Positions 22,928 to 34,815 of a stretch of DNA of 64,000 bases are shown piece after piece. Every line of letters begins with the position of its first letter. Position 1 is the stretch's first letter. The notes under the pieces were generated by a model. It did no database searches. It saw only the letters and a list, made by a program, of their open reading frames with translations, and was not told where the DNA came from. The DNA is from Podarcis bocagei. Its lineage: Eukaryota. The position numbers and the translations under genes were made by a program. The stretch is taken from assembly GCA_964188305.1 (NCBI GenBank), contig OZ076888.1; one strand, given 5' to 3'.

Positions 22928-24651
22928 GTTGTTGTTTTTTAGTTATATGTGCACTAAAAAAGAGACATAAATTAAAAGAAAAAGAAACACCACCCATGTA
23001 GAAGGCAATGTAAAGGGGGTGAGGGAGGGAAATCCATGTATACTGTATAATTACAAAGTTGTTATTGCACTCCATCAGATATTAACCTATTACAGTATTT
23101 GTAAGAATGGATTCCAAATATAATTGAATCTGTCCATGGCAAGTCTGCGTTTATATGCAAGTTGTTCATATGTTGCGAGTTTGTATAAGTCTTCCATCCA
23201 ATCATAGAAGGGAGCCACATTTTAATTTTTCTAATTCATCAGTCTTAGTCTTTTTGCTGTGTTAAGGGCACGGAGAATCCACTCATATTGTCCCTTTGTA
23301 AGGTTCTATGTGCTGGGTATATAATTCAAAGGGATATTTTGCTCTGTAAATGTAAGGTTGTTCCACATAGTTCTGTTGATAGTTTCAGTTACCTTCTGTC
23401 AAAAATCTTTCAGTATAGGACAATGAAAAAACATGTTTTAGAGAAGCATTATCCCTGTTGCATCTCCAACAGTTAGATACCTTAGATAGCCCTTTTTTAA
23501 ACAAATGTAATGGGGTCCAGTATATTCTAAATATTATTTTTTGTTTTTTGAGCCTCAGTTTAAGGTCCAGAGACACCCTTGTTATAGCACTTAACACAGA
23601 TTCCCACTGTGGGGTCGAAGTTGAGATCTCTAATTCTTTTTTCCATTTCTCCCTCAGTACCTGTATATCAAATTGGTTTGGTAGTGACATATATTTATAT
23701 ATGTTGATGGCCGGGTTTTTTGTTGTGTAAGAATTAATCACTTGCTTCAATATCTCTGGGTTCTCTCTGGCTGTAAAAGCTGCTGGTCCGTAGATGGTGG
23801 TTAGCAATTTTTTTATCTGCAGATATTGCCATTGAGCATTTGTAGGTAATCTGTATTTGTCTCTTAAGACAGAATATGTATAAAATTCATCCTCTTCGTT
23901 TATCAGCTGTTTGAACGTTAATATACCCAAATTCATCCACCTCTTCCATACAACTATTTCTTTCCCAATTTTTAAAGACAGGTTTCCCCACAAAGCCATT
24001 TGTTGTGGTAGAAAAGGTCAAATTTATATTTTCTGGACATGTGGTTCCATATCATTCGAACTAATCTTATTGTTTCAATAGCATCTTGAGTATTAATGTA
24101 CAGTGGTGCCTCGCAAGACGAAATTAATTCGTTCCGCAAGTTTTGCCGTCTAGCGAATTTTTCGTCTTGCGAAGCACGGTTTTAACGGTTTAACAAAGTC
24201 GCAAGACGTTTTCGTCTTGCGAAGCAAACCCATAGGGAAATTCGTCTTGCGAGGCAAATCGCAAACGGAAAAACCTTTCGTCTAGCGAGTTTTTTGTCTT
24301 GCGAGGCGTTCGTCTTGCGGGGCACCACTGTATTTAGACCCAAGTGCTTCCCATCTTTCTAAAGGTGCTACATAGGAATATTCCAAAGCAGCCCAATTTG
24401 GACAGTTGTTTTCAGTTATGGGTCTCCAGAATTGTATACCTGAAAGTAAATATGCTTGGTGATACAATTCTAAGTCAGGGATCCCAAATCCTCCTCCTTT
24501 TATTGGTATTTGCATTTTTTGCATAGATATTTTTGTAACTGAAGAACCCCAAAGGCATTTTCTAAACAAAGATTTAATTTTATGAAAGTATTTGCTTGGT
24601 ATGTAAATTGGAATTCCTCTTAAGATATAAACTAGTCTAGTATTATGTTTA
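22928..24651 (-). mobile_element. 5'-truncated L1/Tx1-clade LINE fragment
   Basis: 17-bp TSD ttttatttcactggaat (22911-22927 and 24652-24668). ORF2 C-terminal remnants GGFGIPDLELYHQA and CWRC..H (ORFs 24282-24569 and 23385-23999). Confidence 0.88.
24101..24330. mobile_element. Tc1/mariner (Tigger-like) MITE nested in the L1 fragment
   Basis: TA|cagtggtgcctcgcaagacg...cgtcttgcggggcaccactg|TA; CpG-rich, with internal repeats of ttcgtcttgcga. Confidence 0.9.
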
Positions 24652-24876
24652 TTTTATTTCACTGGAATATTAAGGGAAATTACAATACACTGCCTATGTA
24701 CTTAGGGTGGCATCAGAAAATGTCTAGCTGTATAAGTAAGATCAAGACACATACTGCACATACTTAGAGTAGTCCCCCAGATACTAGGCTCTATATGGGC
24801 TGTGACTGTTGGCTGCAACACTCAGTAGAGGTTTCACTCTTGTCTTCATGGATTTCATCCCTTGATGATTTTGCAG

Positions 24877-25043
24877 GTCCATTCAGTAACCAAGAGATGA
24901 CAGAGTGGTTCCAGGCCGGGTATTTCACAATGTCACTGTTGGTGAAAAGAGCATGTGATGAGAGCTTCCAGCCACTTGGAGACATCATGAAAATGTGGGG
25001 CAGGGTTCCTTTCACTCCCGGTCCAGCACCACCTCTGCATTTG
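24877..25043 (+). CDS. GIGYF2: GIGYF2 coding exon, GYF domain core
   Basis: gcag|GT CCA TTC...TTG|gtaaa; GPFSNQEMTEWFQAGYFTMSLLVKR. Confidence 0.96.
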
Positions 25044-25184
25044 GTAAATATGACAATGTGTAAAACAGTTAACTTTAAATTAGAAAGTTAAGAGATGCCA
25101 GTTTTAGGGGTTTGTGTGCTTTTGTGCTACCAGGCACAGAGCAGCAATGACCTTTAGAGAGACTGCCTGTATGTTGAACATATA

Positions 25185-25895
25185 CCGTATTTTTCGTCCC
25201 ATAGGACGCTCCGTCCCATAGGACGCACCTAGTTTTTTGGGGGGGAAATAAAGGGAATTTTTTTTTCCTTTATTCCCCCCCCCCCAAAGCAGGTCGGGGA
25301 AACCGAACCAGGTCGAGGAACAGCGGGATGGCGACGCTGCGCCTCCCTGCTGTCCCCTGAGCTTGTGGGGCTGGCCCATGTCTGCCCGGCGCGAGGGGCG
25401 CTCTGCATCAGGGTGCCCCGCCCGCCGGGCGGCAGGCTGCTATCCGCAGCATGGGGAGCTTTGTGGGGAACTCCTGCAAGGCTCCCCACGCTGCGGATGT
25501 CTGCCGGACGTGGGGGGGTGCTCTGCTTCAGGGCGCCCCTCGCGCTGGGCGGCAGGCTGCTATCCGCAGCCTAGACATTCCTGCGGGACCTCCCACAGGG
25601 CTGCCTAGGCTGCGGGTGTGTTCCCGAAGCACCGGGCACTCTGCTTTCAGGGCGCCCGACGCTCCGGGAAGCAGGCTGCTATCCACAGCCTAGACAGCCC
25701 TGCGGGACCTCCCACAGGGCTGCCTAGGCTGCGGGTGTCTTCCTGAAGCCTGGAGAGCGAGAGGGGTCGGTGCGCACGGACCCCTCTCGCTCTCCAAGCT
25801 TCAGCAAAAGCCTGCATTCGCCCCATAGGACGCACCCAGATTTCCCCTTCATTTTTGGAGGGGAAAAAGTGCGTCCTATAGGGCGAAAAATACAG
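25185..25895. mobile_element. Non-autonomous Tc2/pogo-like DNA transposon with internal ~120-bp tandem repeats
   Basis: TA|ccgtatttttcgtcccataggacgc...gcgtcctatagggcgaaaaatacag|TA; motif gcaggctgctatcc recurs near 25432, 25552 and 25671. Confidence 0.85.
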
Positions 25896-27034
25896 TACTC
25901 TGAGCCGCAATACGACGGGCTTTCCATACAGGAAGGGGAAAGTGCTTACTGTACCTAGCAGGGAAATAGCAAAAGCCCTCATTGCTACTGGTTCACTTAC
26001 CTAAAAGCCTTTGAATGCTGCTTCAGTTGGATCTGGCTGAACTGCTTTCTATGCATAGCAAATTGCAGAAGGAAATTAAGCCACAATCAGCAGAAGGTAG
26101 CTCCTACTGAGGCCCCTGACCCTTATTCCTTTTTTCAAGCATGTTACTAGTTGTGGTCCTCCTGACTCCAGCCTTGTTGGTGTAGTCCAAAGGTAAACCT
26201 GAAACGATCTTTGAATCAGATTTGTCCTTGAACCAATTCTGCTTAGCAGCAAGAATTCTCCCCAGCAACAGGTGTCTATATCTAGGCCAGTCTGGGGGAA
26301 GAGAGATTCAGTGTCTGCCTTTGTCTATAAGAGTCTCTGAACCTGTCTCTCTAGCTGGATTGCTGCAGGGAGCAGAGAGAATTGAAATCTCTGTATATTG
26401 TTCTGTTTTATTTATGTAGACCAGTAGTGATATAAAGTTATGCAACTTGTAATATAAATAAATACTTTGAAGAAGAACTGAATGGGTGAGGTGTTTATTC
26501 CTTCACGGGCATTCACCGGTAGAGAGCTGGACTGCTGCTGCTGTGAAGACACAGGAAGACTTTCTGGGTAACTCTGCTGTGAGACAGTAAAAGGAACCCC
26601 AAAGGATTGGAGCACACACACTAACAAGCCTGCCTTGCTTCTGCCGCTGTGGCTTGATTTAGCATGTGGCACACAGCTTCTCCCTCTTTCTTCATATTTG
26701 AGAGAGGTGAAATAGGAAAGCATAGGGCCTTCCTTGAGGTAGAGGAGCATGTATCTTATGCACTGGGGATATTTGCTCCAGTTTCCTTTGCCAAGGAATG
26801 GTCCCTAGACACAGTTTAACTATATACACCCCTTTATTTTCCACTTCACACAATCCTTTATACTTTTTTACTAAACACAGTAATCTGTAAAAATGTTGTT
26901 CCGTTTAATAACTTTTAATATAAAAGGTATTTTGTAATCATAATGTTGTAGGTCACTGTAATCAGAGTTGTGCATATGCTCATGAATCCTAACATTTGAT
27001 GCAAGTTAAGCTATCAATTTGTTTACAACCACAG

Positions 27035-27126
27035 GGAGAGTTGGACCAGGAACGACTGACTAGACAACAGGAATACACAGCCATGTACCAAATGCAGCAC
27101 CTCCAGTACCAGCAATTTTTGTTACA
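27035..27126 (+). CDS. GIGYF2: GIGYF2 coding exon
   Basis: acag|GGA GAG...CA|gtaagt; GELDQERLTRQQEYTAMYQMQHLQYQQFLL. Confidence 0.93.
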
Positions 27127-27138
27127 GTAAGTTTATAT

Positions 27139-27268
27139 CAGGGGTGGCTAACCTTTGGCCCTCCAGATGTTGGACTATAATTCCCTTCATCCCTGATCAT
27201 TGCACATGCTGACTGGGGTTGATGGGAGTTGGAACAGCATTTGAAGCACCACAAGTTAGCATCCCCTG
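27139..27268. mobile_element. hAT-type MITE (~130 bp)
   Basis: caggggtggctaac...gttagcatcccctg termini; 8-bp TSD gtttatat/gtctatat. Related degraded copies near 7640-7760, 8880-8990, 27957-28050, 36545-36640 and 47093-47230. Confidence 0.75.
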
Positions 27269-28675
27269 GTCTATATAAATATTTGTCAATGGCCATTTTG
27301 CTTTGTTTAAATGATCTAGAGCAGGGTAGTCCACTTTTTCATACTAAGTGGACTGCAAGACATCCGTGTACATGGCAGCTCTTCCTTCTCCTCACTGCCC
27401 AGCCACATACCTCCCCCTGAGTGGTGAGAGGAGGAGGAGGAACAGCCACAGCTGCCACCACCCACTCCATCCAAAGTCCTCTGTCCCTGCTGATGGCATA
27501 TGCCCCATCACCTAGCAGAAGGAGGACCCATTATGAGACAACTTTAACTACCCAGCAGCAATTCCGCCAGCTCACTTATTGTTGCTTCTCCTTATCTACA
27601 GCAGTCAGTCTGCTTACCTAGAGTCTCCCTCAGGGTAACAAGGAAGAGGAGTAAGTAGGCTCACAAAATTTATCCTAGATAGTTTGGTTTGTCTTGCATC
27701 ATCCTGCTAGTATAGGGCACATGCTGCCCGTGATGGTCAGGACAGGGAGTGAGCAAGAAAGTGTGAGGAACAGTGGAAAAGTGGTGGCTATGATAAAGAC
27801 AAGCTTCGGCAGATGGTGGCAGCTCTTGATTCAAGTTGCTCTTTGCCACAGTTACCCAACACCAGTCATTACTTTCTGGTTCTGTGGACAGCAGTATGTC
27901 TACTGCAAGTATGTGGGCTAGGAGTTGAGAATATAGGGTCTTGTTTTTTTGTAGGTCAGGGCTAGCCAACTTGGTCCTGGATTACCACTCTCATCATCCC
28001 TGACCATTGGCTGAACTGGTGGGAGTTGTGGTCCACAGTATCCAGGGTAGAGGGCTTCCATTTTGGTGTTCCTCTGTTAATAGCTTATTTGGTTTCTATT
28101 CTGGGCACAGAGAAGGGATGGAGTACTTTATTCCTCTTCCTCCAGCCTGCCTGCAACTCCTGGTTGCTTAAGGCTGCCAGCCTAGTGCTTAAATAAAAGG
28201 CTTGGAACCTGAGTTCTCTTCTGCTGGCAGGAGTTTTTCATGAGCAGACTTGCTCATGGGATGCTCCTGCCAGCGGAAGGGAGAAAGTGACATTCACTTA
28301 TTTCCCCTTCCCCCTCCATTCCCATGTGTCCCCTGGAGGGCTTGTGGGGTAGAGAGAGTTGGCTCCAGTAAACTCCTTTTCCACCATCATGACCCTCCAT
28401 TCAGTGAAAACTTTCCATGCAAAGGGGGAATCCTATACGACAAAGGGATAGTTAGAATCCAATCTATAATTTAGGTAAATGTTGTGTGTCGCTGTTTTAA
28501 ATAGCCACTTCAAATGACAGTTTTAAAATTTCTTATTTTTGGTGGGTGGGTGCTGGTTTGCACTGATGTGTTTGAATATCAGTTGTGGTATGAACTAGCA
28601 GCTCTTTTCTCTTCTGGGTTTTTATAGTCATTCTGTAACTAAGTAGAGTGAACTTTTCCCCATTCTCTTTTCCAG

Positions 28676-28783
28676 ACAACAGTATGCCCAGGTAATGGCA
28701 CAGCAGCAAAAAGCAGCTCTCTCATCACAGCAGCAGCAGCAGCTGGCTCTCCTTTTGCAACAGTTCCAGGCACTTAAAATGAG
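28676..28783 (+). CDS. GIGYF2: GIGYF2 coding exon
   Basis: ccag|A CAA CAG TAT...ATG AG|gtaag; QQYAQVMAQQQKAALSSQQQQQLALLLQQFQALKM. Confidence 0.93.
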
Positions 28784-29412
28784 GTAAGAATGCAAGTTTC
28801 AGGGCCATTTTCACACATTATGCAGTAGTAAATCCAGTACTTTGAAAGAATGGTTTCCTGAGAAAATGTCTTTGGAAATGTTTGCATGCACATAACTGTC
28901 ATGTTCATACTTCACTTTATTAAAAGGGCATGTAATATATACACTGAATATAATGTATAAAGTGGCCCTTAGAGAGTCTACTCATGATAGTGGTTGTTGA
29001 ATATATAGCACTCTGTTTATGCCTGTTCAAAATCACTTCAAGTCAGTGTCACTAAAACTGTGAAATAGATCCATTGTCACTTTGTCCATTTATGTTGGTT
29101 GTATTTGTCATCATCTCATATTTGTTTTCATTGAAGCCTATTCTGTTAATTGACCAGAGCAAAAAAATTCATTCAAATTCTGGTCAATATTAAAGAACAG
29201 TTTCGTGCATCTCGAAGAGTTCTGGATTTTGCTCAGCAGTGTTGGAATTGTCAGGAAGTTATGCCCTAATATCACTTTAATACTGGTTCTGAAGAAGAAG
29301 GAGAAAAAAAGAGAAGCATTGTATTTTAAAATAAAAAGAAAACACCCCTGTGATCTCTAAGTAGAACTAGCTTTTTGATGTAGCATGTTGAATCTTCCTC
29401 TTTATATTCCAG

Positions 29413-29513
29413 GAAAGCTGAGCAGAACATGGTGACACCTGTAACAAGGTCTGTGTCAGTGCCAGACACTGGCTCAATTTGGGAGCTTCAGTCAGCAGCC
29501 CCACAAGCTACAG
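29413..29513 (+). CDS. GIGYF2: GIGYF2 coding exon
   Basis: ccag|G AAA...ACA G|gtatg; ...VTRSVSVPDTGSIWELQ. Confidence 0.93.
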
Positions 29514-29552
29514 GTATGAAACAGTGTTTTGATATTGACTGCCTTCAGACAC

Positions 29553-29931
29553 GGGTCTGGGACGCGGGTGGCACTGTGGGTAAAACCTCAGTGCCTAGGA
29601 CTTGCTGATCGTAAGGTTGGCGGTTCGAATCCCCGCGGCGGGGTGAGCTCCCGTCGTTTGGTCCCAGCTCCTGCCCACCTAGCAGTTCGAAAGCACCCCT
29701 AAATGCAAGTAGATAAATAGGTACCGCTTTATAGCGGGAAGGTAAACGGCGTTTCCGTGTGCAGCACTGGTGCTGGCTCGCCAGTTGCAGCTTTGTCACG
29801 CTAGCCACGTGACCCGGAAGTGTCTTCGGACAGTGCCGGCTCCCGGCCTCTTGAGCGAGATGAGCGCGCAACGTTAGAGTCGGTCACGACTGGCCCGTAC
29901 GGGCAGGGGTACCTTTACCTTTACCTTTACA
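29553..29931 (+). mobile_element. Sauria SINE, near full length
   Basis: tRNA-like head with B box ggttcgaatcc, (ACCTTT)n tail, 9-bp TSD ttcagacac (29544-29552 and 29932-29940), CpGs largely intact. Confidence 0.9.
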
Positions 29932-30453
29932 TTCAGACACAAAACAAACTGCCCTGAAATGACATCCAAATGAATGTCGCTTACAAACCATGGTTTGTGA
30001 ATAATTTCCAAACCAGGATCTGAAACTACATCTTGAGAAAACTATGGTTGGCTCCTGGATCAAAGCCCACAAACCATGATTTGGGATGCTGCTGTTTTGA
30101 GAGGTACAGATACAAGTATAAAGCAGATAAAAGACAAATTCTGTATCTTAGAGACCCTCAGTGGTGGTCTCTTCATTCTCATTCTTTCTGCCAGCAGCCT
30201 CATTTCTACCTCCTTAATTTATGCCTAGCTACACTTCCTTAGCAGGCTTCCTCCCCCTCTACTTCCTAAAAAAGGAAAAACCAAAGGTACACAAAAGAGG
30301 TCATTTAACCGTCTTAACGATCAAAACATACAGTGCATGTGATATTTTTTAATTACCAGTGAATTTGCCTGGGTGCACAGAATTGCTAGCTTCTTGGCTC
30401 TGTGGTCTCCTAATTTAAAAATTAATAGCCTACATTTCCCCCCCTTTTTGCAG

Positions 30454-30554
30454 TCTGGGAAGGAAGCAGTGTCTGGGATCTCCCAATCGACACTACAGCT
30501 CAGGGACCAGCTCTAGAACAGTTACAGCAGCTTGAAAAAGCCAAAACTGCTAAG
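30454..30554 (+). CDS. GIGYF2: GIGYF2 coding exon
   Basis: gcag|TC TGG...AAG|gtaag; VWEGSSVWDLPIDTTAQGPALEQLQQLEKAKTAK. Confidence 0.93.
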
Positions 30555-30866
30555 GTAAGAAACAGTAGAAACCATTCCCGTTGCAGCTTTTCATTTCATT
30601 TCATTTATTTTCTGAGTAACTGTGACATTCCTTATACTGATTTAGTGTAATTGCCTTATACTGTACTGATTTAGTGTAATTGGGACACAACTTACTAATT
30701 CTTAATTGGGCTTTTTTTTAAAAAAAACAACACAAGGACACAGTTTAGGGAAGACCAATCAAACTGGTAGCTGTAGAAGAGGACGCTGATGAGGGTGTTT
30801 GTAACTAGCAGGAATAATGTGCTAGTTGAAGAGGTCTTTACTTCTACTGTTACTTCTTTAATTCAG

Positions 30867-31025
30867 CTAGAGCAGGAGAGGAGAGAAGCAGAACTGAGGG
30901 CCAAAAGAGAAGAAGAAGAGCGGAAAAGACAGGAGGAGCTACGGAGGCAACAGGAAGAGCTGATCAGGAGACAAGAAGAAGAAAGAAAAAGAAGAGAGGA
31001 GGAGGAGCTAGCACGCAGAAAGCAG
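30867..31025 (+). CDS. GIGYF2: GIGYF2 coding exon (E/R-rich helix)
   Basis: tcag|CTA GAG...CAG|gtgac; LEQERREAELRAKREEEERKRQEE. Confidence 0.94.
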
Positions 31026-31976
31026 GTGACATCTCAAATACATAAATTACTATTTCAGTATCTTTAAGAGAACACATTTTCTCAGTTCATGTGAAGGAAG
31101 TTGGAAAAGTTTTTTCCTGTTCCTTCCACCTTTTTAAGTCCAATGTGTGTTCACTTTTTCAGCTCAATTATACATGTTTATTTTTTGGAAGCCACCCTGG
31201 GGATCTATTTGAAGGACGTGCAGAAATTGCCCATAATAAAGAAAAGACATAAATAAATAAGAATTTTATTTAGGACAGGTGGGGGAAGTATGGTCTATGT
31301 TATGTTCCAGGAGCTCTTCCTCATAGAATTGTAGAGTTGGAAGGGACCCAAGGGTCATCTAGTCTAACCCCTGCAATGCAGGACATGACACCCCCCCAAG
31401 CCTTACACTCCAGGAAGAGAGCCGGTAAAGGGGCCACTTTTGTGACTCGGGGGAGACACCTGGGAAAAGACTGTTTAAGGACTCTGTCTGTTTATCCTTA
31501 GCAGCCAAGCATGTGTCTGCTCTAGGCTTATGGCCTGATGAACAGCCTCCAGAGCAAGAACACACATCACCAGCAGCCCCAGTCTTGCCTTCCAGGAAGG
31601 CAGAAGTATTCTTGGGGTGGGGTGTTAATTTGGGGGAGGACTAAATTGAATTTTGAGCACTTGGGTGATAATTTCAGGAAAAGGAAAATTTGATTTTTGG
31701 TAATCTCTGGGTAGGGTATTAATTTGGAGAGCAGAAAGAAAGAGTGAGAAAAGAGGATGACCCTGCCCACTGCTGACTTGCGCCCCCAAGGTGAAGTCAG
31801 CCCCTGTCCCTACGCATTCCCAACTGCGGTCATTTCATTTAAAAGACCTCTGGCTTCAGGTCAGAATCAGAGCAGCCAGGTCAGGGGACCCTTACTATCC
31901 AGCATACCATGAATAAGAATTTAAATGCACACCCACACTTTTAGCCAATTTCTTTTTTTTTTTTTTCTGTGTGCAG

Positions 31977-32135
31977 GAAGAAGCCCTAAGGCGCCAGAGG
32001 GAACAAGAAATTGCACTAAGACGGCAGCGGGAAGAGGAAGAACGGCAACAACAAGAGGAAGCACTTAGAAGACTGGAAGAGAGGAGAAGAGAAGAGGAAG
32101 AAAGACTACAGCGAGAAGAGTTGCTTCGTAAACAG
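31977..32135 (+). CDS. GIGYF2: GIGYF2 coding exon (E/R-rich helix)
   Basis: gcag|GAA GAA...CAG|gtgaa; EEALRRQREQEIALRRQ. Confidence 0.94.
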
Positions 32136-32549
32136 GTGAAAAGAAGGGAAATCTTTTGCAGTTAAGACCTGCAAGAATCAGAGGCTGGTTCGCACATGTA
32201 TGCTCACTTGTTGACTACATCAAGTGATAATGCGCCATTATTAGATCAAACAATGCAGAGGGACCTTTCATTTTGTTTAAGACTCTACCAATTCAAAACT
32301 GATAAATGGTCTTAAAGTTTTGGATTTCTGAAACAAAGTCACACAAGGAGTGTAGTAAGAGCTTTCATGGCTGCTCTGGGGCATTTTCTAAAGCTATATT
32401 TTATCAAATTGTTGTGTTCTAGCACGGGTTGCATTCTTAGAAGCAAAGGATTCTTTGCAATTCTATGTATCTTGAAACAAACAAAACGGAAGCATTTTAA
32501 TCTAGGTTAGTCCACTTTAGAGACTGAATGTTTTTTCTGTTCTGGGAAG

Positions 32550-32786
32550 GAAGAGGAGGCTGCCAAATGGGCACGGGAAGAAGCAGAGGCAAAGCGTCAG
32601 CTAGAAGAAAACCGGCTGCGCATGGAAGAAGAAGCAGCCCGACAGAGGCATGAAGAGGAAGAACGAAAACGTAAAGAGCTGGAACTCCAACGCCAGAAAG
32701 AAATTATGAGGCAGAGGCAGCAGCAGCAGGAGGCTTTGCGCCGATTGCAGCAGCAGCAACAGCAGCAGCAACTTGCACAGATGAAG
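32550..32786 (+). CDS. GIGYF2: GIGYF2 coding exon (E/R-rich, polyQ)
   Basis: gggaag|GAA GAG GAG GCT...AAG|gtact; EEEAAKWAREEAEAKRQLEENRLRM...QQQLAQMK. Acceptor is an atypical AAG. Confidence 0.9.
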
Positions 32787-33409
32787 GTACTGATTCTTCG
32801 TAATGTTACTCTTTTTCTCATTGCCACAAATCCACTCTCACAAGTTAGGCTCACAGCCCAAGCCAGCAGAGAAGCTCTCTGTTAGCTGTGCTGAAATTTA
32901 CATGACCATTGCCAGAACCTGCCTTTTAACGCTCTTGGAATTGGGCACCAGAAGCAGGAGATGGGCAGCTCTAACTTCAATCAGTGGCATCCCAGTTTGT
33001 CCAGGTTATCTCTTTACTGCTCAGTGTACCTCATTGTACACTGCTTAGATATTACAGTGCTAAGTGATATTTAAGTTGTTGAAATTAATAATAAATAATA
33101 ACTAAAACATGAAAGTAGCATAGATATGCAAATCTCTCTAATTTACAGAAAAATTAAGATTTCCTTGACACATATATTCCTGCCCCCTCCCCCACCCTGC
33201 TCAGGGTGTGCATTTCTGTCCATAACTATAGATCTGAGAAAGTACAATGAGGCGCAACTTGCCACCCTACCAAAAATGTATATGGGTGCACATATCCTGA
33301 GTAATGCCTCATTTTTAAGCTAAACCCTTCCAGAGTGCTACCTGGAACTATCCTTCACCAAGGATAGCCTGACTACTGTAGTCCATGTTGCATTCTTGAG
33401 GCTGGATTA

Positions 33410-33641
33410 CAGTGATACCTCGGCTTAAGAACTTAATTCGTTCCGGAGGTCCGTACTTAACCTGAAACTGTTCTTAACCTGAAGCACCACTTTAGCTAAT
33501 GGGGCCTCCTGCTGCTGCTGCTGCTGTGCCGCCAGAGCACGATTTCTGTTCTCATCCTGAAGCAAAGTTCTTAACCCAAGGTACTATTTCTGGGTTAGTG
33601 GAGACTGTAACCTGAAGCGTATGTAACCCAAGGTACCACTG
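33410..33641. mobile_element. Tc1/mariner MITE inserted in an L2 remnant
   Basis: TA|cagtgatacctcgg...aaggtaccactg|TA. Removing it restores the RLDY-CNALYVGLP motif typical of L2 ORF2 (remnant about 33330-33930). Confidence 0.85.
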
Positions 33642-34692
33642 TACTGCAATGCTCTCTATGTGGGACTGCCCTTGGTCATGCTCCAGAAGGTTCAACTGGT
33701 ATAGAATGCAGTGGCCAGACTGTTGGTGGGGGCACATAGCCCACAACATGTGACACCGTTGTTAAAACATCTGCATTAGCTGCCCATCTACTACTGAGCC
33801 AGGTTTAAGTTCCTTTTGTTAATTTACAAGCCCCAAACAACTTAGGTCCGGGGTACCTTAGCAGCTGCCTGAATTTTTATATCTCCGCTCATTCACTGAA
33901 ACCATTAGCAGGAGTGTTGCTGGTTGTCCACTGACTGGAAGACAACTCAGCTATCAGTGACTTGACATCATAATGGCACCAGATGATTTAAAGGTGGATG
34001 CCCCTTGTCCCGCTGCCAGAGTTGACCAGCAGGGGTGGGGAAAATAATGTTCTGGTTCATTGGATAAAAAGTTTCTCCGTTCCTGATTTAGAGCATAAAA
34101 CTGGGAGTAGAGAAACCTGGATTCAAATCATCACACTGTCATGAAACTCACTGGATAAACTTGGGCCAGTCTAATCTGTTTCACCAGGTTGGTGTGAAGA
34201 TAAAATGAAGTCAGTACACAGGTCCCGGGAGGATGAGCTGTATAAAAATGGAGGCTGAAGCTGTTGGTTTTGAATCGCATGGGTCTCTGCATCAGACTTT
34301 TTAAAATGCATTTTTCATTGTTTCTCCATGCTACTACTGCCTTCTTCCCTCAGCTGTTTTCTTTGCTTCATTTCCTTTCCTTTGAATAATTCCCATTTCA
34401 TTCACAGCACAGTCAGGTGCTTGAATCTTACTATTATATTGCTGTGGAAATTATGACTATTGTTGGTACTATAAAGATTAATTGGAGGTTGGGTACACAC
34501 CTGGCAGGAAAAGGTTGCACTTCTACAGTACAAGGAGACAAAATAAAGATTGTGGCATATTAGCAGCTTTTGTGGCAGACAATAACAACTGTTTGCATGC
34601 TTTTGAGTGGCTGATTCAGCATATATCCTGATGTACTCACTCTTTCCATTAAGAAAATTTAAGTGCTGTTTCTTGTATGTCTTTCCTCCCAG

Positions 34693-34815
34693 CTCCCTTC
34701 TTCTTCAACATGGGGTCAGCAATCAAATTCTAGGGCATGTCAGTCCCAAACGACGTTATCATTAGCAGAAATCCAGAAGCTTGAAGAAGAGAGAGAGCGG
34801 CAGCTTCGAGAAGAG
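34693..34815 (+). CDS. GIGYF2: GIGYF2 coding exon
   Basis: ccag|CTC CCT...GAG|gtaaa; LPSSSTWGQQ...LSLAEIQKLEEERERQLREE. Confidence 0.94.

Noticed and set aside
25104-25982. Cluster of ORFs and CpG-island-like sequence suggesting a gene start
   Set aside because: The GC-rich core lies inside a TIR/TA-bounded transposon with tandem repeats.
30629-30682. Short direct repeat (tactgatttagtgtaattg twice)
   Set aside because: Simple local slippage duplication; only two units and no spacer array.
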